NCBI RefSeq assembly: GCF_001294465.1
Contig: NZ_LGAA01000006.1
Location: 106,950-170,949 of the forward strand
Direction: 5' to 3'
Length of the DNA: 64,000 nt
Source of the DNA: Moellerella wisconsensis ATCC 35017
GTDB lineage: Bacteria; Pseudomonadota; Gammaproteobacteria; Enterobacterales; Enterobacteriaceae
The notes beneath the pieces were generated by a model. The model was not told where the DNA came from. It ran no database searches and saw nothing but the letters and a program-made list of their open reading frames with translations. The translations under genes were made by a program, and so were the position numbers. Positions 27,813 through 36,100 of the stretch are shown here, piece after piece. Each line of letters begins with the position of its first letter. The stretch's first letter is position 1.

Positions 27813-28288
27813 TATATTATACCCTGTCCGAACATTGCTTATCGATATTAAACTCATCATGTTTTATCCCTAAATCCCATGACAAGAGTGCCCTGAATTT
27901 GTCATTTTCTACCATACTGAGGCCATCTAGTTCAAAGTTCCAAATAACACTCCGTGATAAAAAATAAAATTTCTCTTTATGCTCAAAATACCTTGAGTTG
28001 TCGCCGAGTTATCCCACTCTAAACCATTAATTGCAGCAATATCCCGGGAACGTAAAGTACAGAGAATTCATTTAAGCTGACAAAATATTAATCAGAGTGC
28101 AAGCAAATTTAATCACTATCAGCGGTAAGATTAGTAATAACGCTAATAATGCAGAGGAAATAGAGATTGCAGTAACATATTACTGCAATCTTGATTACAT
28201 AGTTTTAATTCAACAGATTAATAACATAAGAATTTAATAACAGAGCTAACCATGTAACGAGCTTAGGATGAATAATAAATAACAAAAA

Positions 28289-28429
28289 TTAAGATTTATT
28301 TTTTCCTCCTTGCACCGCTTTAAAGCGCGGATTAGTTTTGCAGATAACATAAACACGTCCTCGACGACGAACAATCTGACAATCTGGATGACGGGTTTTA
28401 GCGCTTTTTAATGATGTTAATACCTTCAT
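28289..28429 (-). CDS. ykgO: Ribosomal protein L36 paralog (type B, zinc-independent; YkgO/RpmJ2).
   Basis: [46 protein letters not shown] matches the E. coli YkgO pattern. The start is trimmed to the internal Met because a Zur box lies inside the upstream extension of the ORF. Confidence 0.85.
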   Translation of the reverse strand: MKVLTSLKSAKTRHPDCQIVRRRGRVYVICKTNPRFKAVQGGKNKS

Positions 28430-28470
28430 AATTGACCTGTTTTTATTTCCCATAAATGAAGCTGCCGATG

Positions 28471-28497
28471 TCATTATGTTATAACATAACATAATGA
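28471..28497. promoter_or_regulatory. Zur box, a near-perfect 27-bp palindrome TCATTATGTTATAACATAACATAATGA.
   Basis: The core TGTTAT-AAC-ATAACA matches the gamma-proteobacterial Zur consensus TGTTAT-AnT-ATAACA. It lies 42-68 nt upstream of ykgO, a classic Zur regulon member. Confidence 0.7.
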
Positions 28498-28872
28498 TCT
28501 TGGGAATATCCATATCAGAAATATCTACACTGGGAATATCACAATATAAAAATAGCCTACATAATTTTTACGGTACCCAATACCGTTAAAATAAAACGTT
28601 ATAGCCGTTAATATAATAATTGTGTAACTTTTATCGATTAAATAACCAATACATATTTACAGGCGGGAAAATATTAATAAGTGTAACTACAAATAAAAAT
28701 GTATTATTTAAAATAAATAGTAATCCGACTTAAAAAACATATCTATAGATGCTCAAAAGTTCGGCGAATTATGTCATAATAAATTAATGGCTGTCAGGTG
28801 CTGTATTGTTTGGATAAATCTAACCCAACGATACCTGACAATGTATCCCAGGTAACTAAAAAAGAGATTGTT

Positions 28873-29784
28873 ATGTATTATGGTTTCGATATGGGTGGCA
28901 CCAAAATAGAACTTGCTGTTTTTGACAACGACCTGAATCAAATTTGGCAAAAACGTCTACCTACGCCAAAAGAAGACTATCAATTACTATTAAATATCTT
29001 TAAAACACTCACTGATGAAGCCGATGCCCTATTTAATTGTCAGGGTAAAATTGGCGTAGGTGTGCCTGGGATAGTCAATCACCAACAAGGAACTGTATTT
29101 ACTACTAATGTTCCTGCCGCTCAATATAAACCATTAATTAAAGACTTAACCGAAAAACTGGGTCGCCCAGTAAAAGTTGAAAATGATGCTAATTGCTTCG
29201 CGTTATCCGAAGCTTGGGATAAAGAGTTTATTCAATACCCTACCGTATTAGGTTTAATTCTTGGTACGGGTGTGGGTGGCGGCTTTGTCATTAATGGCAA
29301 AGTATTATCCGGTAAAAATGGTATTGCCGGTGAAATCGGTCATATGAATCTCACCTTAGAAGCGAATAAAATATTAGGTGATCGAGTACCACAAATTGTC
29401 TGTGGTTGTGGAAAAATAGGCTGTTTTGAAACCTATTTATCTGGCCCAGGTTTTGAACGCCTCTATTTTTCATATACCGGAGAAAATATATCTGCGGTTG
29501 ATATCATCCAGCATTATCATCAAGGTGAGCAAGACGCCATTTTGCATGTTGAACGTTATATGAATGTGCTCGCCATGTATCTAGGTAATATCGTGACCAT
29601 TTTTGATCCCGATTTATTAGTGATTGGCGGTGGATTATCTCAGTTTGATGAAATTTATCGCTTATTACCTGAAATATTGCCTCGGCATTTATACAGCATC
29701 GCTGAATTACCGGCTATTGAAAAAGCTCGACATGGAGATTCTGGCGGCTCCCGTGGTGCTGCGTTTCTTCAATTAGGCGGATAA
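28873..29784 (+). CDS. nagK: N-acetyl-D-glucosamine kinase (ROK family).
   Basis: MYYGFDMGGTKIELAVFD..., the ROK zinc motif CGCGKIGCFETYLSG and the C-terminus ARHGDSGGSRGAAFL are colinear with E. coli NagK. The start is trimmed to the MYYGFD Met. Confidence 0.85.
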   Translation: MYYGFDMGGTKIELAVFDNDLNQIWQKRLPTPKEDYQLLLNIFKTLTDEADALFNCQGKIGVGVPGIVNHQQGTVFTTNVPAAQYKPLIKDLTEKLGRPVKVENDANCFALSEAWDKEFIQYPTVLGLILGTGVGGGFVINGKVLSGKNGIAGEIGHMNLTLEANKILGDRVPQIVCGCGKIGCFETYLSGPGFERLYFSYTGENISAVDIIQHYHQGEQDAILHVERYMNVLAMYLGNIVTIFDPDLLVIGGGLSQFDEIYRLLPEILPRHLYSIAELPAIEKARHGDSGGSRGAAFLQLGG

Positions 29785-29790
29785 CACAAA

Positions 29791-29835
29791 TCGACGCAGA
29801 ATGTCACTGAACATTCTGCGTCGATTAAATTTTTA
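29791..29835 (+). terminator. Rho-independent terminator after nagK (AATCGACGCAGAATG-tcactgaa-CATTCTGCGTCGATT followed by a T-rich tract).
   Basis: A perfect 15-bp inverted repeat followed by AAATTTTTATTTT. Confidence 0.6.
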
Positions 29836-30120
29836 TTTTCTTCCGGCGCCATTAATTTTCCGTTCTTAATCCAATAAATATTTCCCCTAACTAATTTATA
29901 TATTTATTCTTTTTACTATTTAACTCTCATTAATTGTATTTAATTTAAATAATTGACTTAAATACTCGATTTAATAAATCTTGATATGCCATTTATAATA
30001 AAAACAATAGAATATATTACTATTTAGAGATTAGTCCGATAAAAAACTATCACTAAATAGTAATATAATTTAAAGTCTAATCACCTTGAAAATTTAATGC
30101 ATCTACTCGAGAGAGAGTCC

Positions 30121-30771
30121 ATGGCTTTATTTTTGCAAAATTGTTTAACCTTCCCTAGCATTATATTTAGCGGACTACTCATTATTGTTATTTTTTATTG
30201 GCTATGTGCCGCTGTTGGCCTTCTCGATATTGACCTTTTCCACCTTGATGCAGCAGATTATTCTATCGATGCTAGCCACGGAATTGATACCACTGGGTTT
30301 GCAGGCTGGTTGACTAAACTCGGATTAGCAGGGATCCCCATTACTATTATTTTAACCTTATTTACCTTATTTGGCTGGTTGCTCAGTTATTTTAGTGTTC
30401 ATTGGTTTGTTCGTCATATTGATATTATCTTTTTACGTTATTTAGTGGGTTTCATCGTTTTATTGATTACTGCATTTATTTCTCTTCAGTTAACCGCTAT
30501 TTGTCTCAAACCTATTCGGAATAAATTAATCAAAAATACCCATCATAAAAGTGTTAATGACTTAATAGGGAAAATAGCTATTGTTCGTTCAGGACAAGTT
30601 AATGAAAGCCGCGGAGAAGCCATAATGGAAGACGGTGGTGCAGGATTAATCTTACAAATAAGGGCATCATCCTCCGACAATATTCAACGTGGCACACGAG
30701 TAGTTATTATTAGCTATGATCCAGTAACCCATAGTTATCAGGTCGTCACCGAAGCGGAATTTTCGCACTAA
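30121..30771 (+). CDS. yqiJ: NfeD-like inner-membrane protein YqiJ (DUF1449 plus a C-terminal OB-fold), partner of flotillin YqiK.
   Basis: It has several N-terminal transmembrane helices and a C-terminal soluble beta-rich domain. It sits directly upstream of an SPFH/flotillin gene, the YqiJK arrangement of E. coli. The start is placed at the MALFLQ Met. Confidence 0.7.
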   Translation: MALFLQNCLTFPSIIFSGLLIIVIFYWLCAAVGLLDIDLFHLDAADYSIDASHGIDTTGFAGWLTKLGLAGIPITIILTLFTLFGWLLSYFSVHWFVRHIDIIFLRYLVGFIVLLITAFISLQLTAICLKPIRNKLIKNTHHKSVNDLIGKIAIVRSGQVNESRGEAIMEDGGAGLILQIRASSSDNIQRGTRVVIISYDPVTHSYQVVTEAEFSH

Positions 30772-30898
30772 TTACCTTGCCATACTGCAGTAAATTGCTC
30801 TCTTGGCAGTATGGTTTTATATGCAGCTATTCAGTTTATTAATTTAGCTTTACCCCAAAGACAATGCCTATTGCTACTGACCTCATGGAGAAACAACT

Positions 30899-33103
30899 AT
30901 GGAACTGGCTAATTTAATGCCATTTTTTACGATTATCGGGGTGATTATACTGGTGATCATCGGCTTTTTTGCCTTATTCAAAGCTTTTTATATTAAAGTC
31001 CCTCAAGGGACTGCGTTAATTGTGAACGATATGTCATCGCAGCCTAAAGTCCATTTCACCGGCGCACTCGTTTACCCAGTAATTTACAAAAAAGAATTCA
31101 TGCGGATCTCTTTGCTAACCTTAGAAGTGGATCGCCGTGGTAAAGATGGATTAATTTGTCATGATAATCTGCGAGCGGATATTACTGTGGCATTTTATCT
31201 ACGAGTTAATGAAACCACCGAAGATGTCTTAAAAGTAGCAAAAGCTATCGGCGTTGAACGAGCCTCAGACCATCAAGCTGTTAGCACCTTATTTAGCGCA
31301 AAATTTTCAGAAGCGCTGAAAACTGTCGGTAAGCAATTCGAATTATCCAAGTTATTTGAAGATCGACAAAATTTCCGCGACCGCATTGTCGATGTGATTG
31401 GTAAAGATTTAAATGGTTATGCGCTCGAGGATGTGGCGATTGACTATTTAGAACAAACGCCTAAATCTGCACTCGATCCAAACAATATTTTTGACTCTGA
31501 GGGTATTCGAAAAATCACCGAAATTACGGCGATTCATAATATTGAAACCAACCAGAAAGAACGCGACCAAGAACTGGCTATTCAGAAGAAAAACGTTGAA
31601 ACCCGCGAAGCTAGCTTAGCATTAGAGCGCCAACAAGCAGATGCAGAAGCTCGGCAAAAACGAGAAATTGATAATATTCGTTCCCGTGAACAAGCAGAAA
31701 CGCTGCGAGTTCAAGAGGAAGAGCGCTTAAAATCAGAACAAGCACGCATTCAGACTCAGCAAGAAATTGAAATCCGCGAAGAAAATAGAATGCGCGAAGT
31801 AGAAGTTGCCCAGCAAAATAGAACTCGCGCCGTCACGATTGAAGAAGAACGCGTTACCCGCGCTCGTGAGCTCGAAATTGTCGCCCGTGAACGCGAAGTT
31901 GAATTGCAGCGGATAGAAAAAGAAAAAGCGTTAGAAGAAGAACGTAAAAACATTGCCAGTGTGATCCGCGAACGTGTAGTCGTAGAAAAAACAGTCGCCC
32001 AAGAAGAAGAACGGATTAAAGAAGTACGCGAAGTGTCGGAAGCCGATAGATTACGCCAAGTCACGGTAATCAATGCGCAAGCCGAAGCTGAAGAATCAAT
32101 GGTTCGCCAAGTTAAAAAAGCCGAAGCTGATGAGGCCAGCGCTAAACATAAAGCTGAAGAAATCAGTACCATGGCACAAGCTGAATTAGAAGCCTCTGCC
32201 AAACAGGCTGAATCCAAAAAACGTCTCGCTGAAGGGATTGAAGCAGAACATGCGGCCTTAGGATTAGCCGAAGCAAGAGTACGCCAAGCGACAGCCGAAG
32301 CAGAAGAAAAAGAAGGGCTAGTACAAGCCAATATTACCGCCGAGAAACTGCTGGCTGAAGCTCGCGGTTTAAAAGAAAAAGGCATGACTGAAGCCCAAGT
32401 TCAAGAAGCCAAAGCAGCAGCAGAGCAAAAACAAGGATTTGCTGAAGCCAAAGTGCTGGAAGAAAAGCTGTCAGCCCAAGCACGAGGCGAAGAACAACAG
32501 GCCAATGCTAAAGAAAAATTAGGTTTAGCAGATGCTAAAATCATGGAAGAAAAGTTGGCCGCGCAAGCACGCGGTGAAGGTCAATTAGGCGCAGCACAAG
32601 CGGAAGTTATTCGCCAACGTCTGAAAGCCGAAGCGGATGGGTTAACCGATAAATTCAAATCAATGGATCATCTTAGCGATACTGCTCGCGCGCATGAAGA
32701 ATTCCGTATGCGCCTTGAAAAAGAATTTGAGCAGTCAATGGCTTCAATTGCTGCCAATAAAGAAATCGCGCGAGAACAAGCGGATGTACTCGCAGCTGCA
32801 CTGGCAAAAACTAACATCGATATCGTCGGCGGCGACGGTAGCTTCTTTAATACTTTCTCAAAAGCTCTCAGCTTGGGCAAAGCGGTTGATGGATTTATGG
32901 ATAAAAGCAGTTATGCCAAAGAAAGCGTTGAAAAACTGCTCAATTATAAAAAAGACAGTCAATCTGTCGATATTGCCGCTTTACTGCAAAATCCTGAAGT
33001 TCAAGAGTTAGTTACCCAATTTATGGCGGCCAATAACGCCAAAAATACGCTACCTAAGCCGGTCCAACCTAATAAGCCAGAGAAATCTAGCGACGATATT
33101 TAG
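30899..33103 (+). CDS. yqiK: Flotillin-like SPFH/band-7 protein YqiK. At 734 aa it is about 180 aa longer than E. coli YqiK.
   Basis: It has an N-terminal transmembrane helix, an SPFH domain, and a long E/A/R/Q-rich flotillin coiled coil with repeated AEAKVLEEKLSAQARGE / ADAKIMEEKLAAQARGE units. Confidence 0.85.
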   Translation: MELANLMPFFTIIGVIILVIIGFFALFKAFYIKVPQGTALIVNDMSSQPKVHFTGALVYPVIYKKEFMRISLLTLEVDRRGKDGLICHDNLRADITVAFYLRVNETTEDVLKVAKAIGVERASDHQAVSTLFSAKFSEALKTVGKQFELSKLFEDRQNFRDRIVDVIGKDLNGYALEDVAIDYLEQTPKSALDPNNIFDSEGIRKITEITAIHNIETNQKERDQELAIQKKNVETREASLALERQQADAEARQKREIDNIRSREQAETLRVQEEERLKSEQARIQTQQEIEIREENRMREVEVAQQNRTRAVTIEEERVTRARELEIVAREREVELQRIEKEKALEEERKNIASVIRERVVVEKTVAQEEERIKEVREVSEADRLRQVTVINAQAEAEESMVRQVKKAEADEASAKHKAEEISTMAQAELEASAKQAESKKRLAEGIEAEHAALGLAEARVRQATAEAEEKEGLVQANITAEKLLAEARGLKEKGMTEAQVQEAKAAAEQKQGFAEAKVLEEKLSAQARGEEQQANAKEKLGLADAKIMEEKLAAQARGEGQLGAAQAEVIRQRLKAEADGLTDKFKSMDHLSDTARAHEEFRMRLEKEFEQSMASIAANKEIAREQADVLAAALAKTNIDIVGGDGSFFNTFSKALSLGKAVDGFMDKSSYAKESVEKLLNYKKDSQSVDIAALLQNPEVQELVTQFMAANNAKNTLPKPVQPNKPEKSSDDI

Positions 33104-33188
33104 TGGCTCTTTTTTGCCATTCTCACTATCTCCGGCAGAAGCAGAAATAGCCTGCCGGAGAGATTCGGGTATACATTAAGCCAAGGAA

Positions 33189-36100
33189 ATGTATCGCATC
33201 ATGTCAGACAAACAGCAAACAGAACATCAACAGGAATTGCTCGATAGCGCTGTAGCAGAAGGCGGAGCCTATGAAATACTGCGTAAGCGCCTGACTGACC
33301 AAGGACAACAACTAAGCCAGCGAGCAATCGAACTGAATGATCTGCGTCTGGAAGAATTTGGCCACAGTCAAATGGATATCATTGGCCGTATTCGTATTCG
33401 CAGTGAGAATAATTGCCAAGCAAGAGATATTGTCAGAGTCGGTGAATGGTTACTGTTTGGCTATAATGTTTTTCTCGGCCTAAAAAAAGAAACTCAAGTT
33501 GAAGATGTATTTTCCCTGTATCGCTTAGTCGAACAACAAGGGGAATTTGATGTTGAATCCGTACCGCTAGAAGAAACCTTTTTAAATATTCCCAGCTTTG
33601 TACAGGATTTTACCGAGCTATATACCTATTATAAAAATACTCAATTATTACAACTCGTTGAACGTGATGGAAAATTATTAGCCAGTTTTCAAATTGGTGA
33701 ACGTCTCACCGATGTACGCGTTTTTCGTTGGTCAATTTCTAGCGATAAAAAAACGATTAGCTATTTAGATAATCGTGGTGAACGTGATATTGCCCTGCCC
33801 CCCGCCTATGATTTTGAATGGTATAAAACTACGCGAGAAAATACCGTTAATGGTCGCTATCCACATATCAATATTCTCGATACGGTATTTGTTGAAACAA
33901 TTGGCGGTGACCTCACAATTAAATGTGAAAATAATACCGAAGATGGGTTAGGTATTTATCGTGAAGCGGTACTCGACAAAAATCAGTCTCTTGATGATGC
34001 CCAAATAGAATATGCACAAACAGGCACTCTGATTTTACTGAAAATTCTACCATACCGCGAAGATAACTGGCGTTACCTCGTGTATAACATCATAACCCAA
34101 TCGGTACAGCGAATAGACGCAATTGGTCAGGCCTGCGTTCAACTACCAGAAGATCACGGTATTATTTTTCCCGGCGGTTATTATTTGCAAAGTGGCGAAT
34201 ACAAAACCTTCGAGCAGCCGATGGAAGGTATGCGCTTTCGGCGTACTCGCCGTTCCCCCAATGGGGAAGACGTTTTATATGTGTTTTATTCACCCAATCA
34301 AGGACGTATCGCACTCTTCAATTATAATTTAATTGAGCGAAAGCTAAATATTCCACTACTCGGTCACGGCTATGCCATGTTGGAAGATGGCAAAATGGTG
34401 CTGTTCGAAGGACAAAGTGAAGAACCAACCCGTGTACACCCAATGCAAGTATGGCAAACGCCATTCTATTCAGATGAATACGCCGATCAACAACCGCCAC
34501 GAAACAGTTTTTTAGGCCGAATCGGTAATGCAGATTTAGTGCGCGGTATTTCTGATGTCCTGCATATCGCCAAAGAAATTGAAGGCCAACAAATTTCAGC
34601 GGCGCGTTATGAGCAACTCAGCCAACAGCCTCGACGTCTAATCGATATTTACTATTGGCTTAACGATGCCCAAAGCTTAAATCTTGGGGAATTACTCAAA
34701 GATATCGCGCAAACCAGTGAACGGGTTCTGGATGAATACGAAAAAGTTGAAAGTATTCGTCGTCAATCGATCAAAGCCCTTAATCAAGCCACGAGTCGCC
34801 AAAAATCGCTGCTCACCTTAATGGTCCCGGACAGTTGGTCAGATATTCAGCAATTTGTCGATAGCTTAAATCAACTTAATACACAACGGGGACATTTAAT
34901 CTCCTTGAGAGAGCTCCGCTATATGGATCTCTCTCAGTTAGAAAGCATGGAGCAAGAAATCGCTGTTACTCAACAGCTTATCTCTCAAGCTACCGCCGAT
35001 TTTTTAGCCAGTGAAAAAGCTTTACAACCACTGATCAAGCAATTACAGCGTCTTGAAGAACAAACACAAAAAGCCACAAATAGTGCTCAGCTCGAAATAC
35101 CAATGTCTGGTATTGAACAAATGTCAGCGGATCTCGATATGCTGTCTAATTTAATGGCCTCACTTAAATTTGAAGATGCCACACAACAAACGCAAATTAT
35201 CGAAGCTATTTCTGAAATTTACGCTAAATTAAACCAAACGCGAGCACGCCTACAACAAAAACGTAAACAACAAGGCGCGGTTGAATCTGTTGCTCAATTC
35301 GCTGCGCAATTTAGACTATTTAGCCAAGGGATCACTAATGCGTTAGCGCTCGCTTCCACCCCTGAATATTGTGATGATCAGCTATCACGTTTACTCATTC
35401 AGCTCGAAGAACTGGAAAGTCAATTTAGTGCGCATGATGAGTTTTTAGACAATATTCTAGCAAAGCGTGAAGAACTACTCGAAACCTTTGAATCTCACAA
35501 ACAAACGCTATTAGATGAGCGCCAAAGAAAATCACAAAATCTACAAACTGCCGCAGACAGATTACTTGAAAGCCTCTTGCGCCGGACATCTCGCTTACAG
35601 TCATTAGATGAGCTTAATGCTTTCTTTGCCTCTGATCCTCTGAGTTTAAAAACTCGAGAGATCATCGAAAAATTACGCGAGCTAAAAGATAACGTAAAAG
35701 CTGATGATATTGATGCGCGCCTTAAATCTGCACGTGATCAAGCCATTCGTAGTCTGCGAGATAAAACTGATATTTTTGAAGATAATGGTAATATTATTCG
35801 CCTTGGGCCTCGCCATAGATTTAGCGTAAATACCCAACAGCCAGACCTGACTATTTTGCCTAAAGATAATCAGTTATGGCTCTATTTAACCGGCACTGAT
35901 TATCAAGAACCGATTATTAGCCCCGAACTGGAAAAATTGCAGCCTTATTGGAGCGTGTCGTTAGAATCAGAATCAGCAACAGTATATCGTGCTGAATACC
36001 TTGCCTATTCAATTATTTATGCAGCTAGCAAACGGCAAGATGGTTTAAGCATTGAACAACTCACGGCTGAACTAACCCAGCCAGAAAAATTGGCTAAAAC

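Noticed and set aside
28430-28513. N-terminal extension of the ykgO ORF ([28 protein letters not shown]).
   Set aside because: It has no similarity to L36, it contains the Zur-box palindrome, and an internal Met gives the canonical 46-aa protein.
31756-32385. A 209-aa Ser/Ala-rich antisense ORF inside yqiK, and similar antisense ORFs 50163..50540 in atpF/atpH and 63101..63586 in rbsA/rbsC.
   Set aside because: They are low-complexity translations of the opposite strand of strongly conserved genes, a codon-bias artefact of the E/A/R-rich sense strand. None has a start context.
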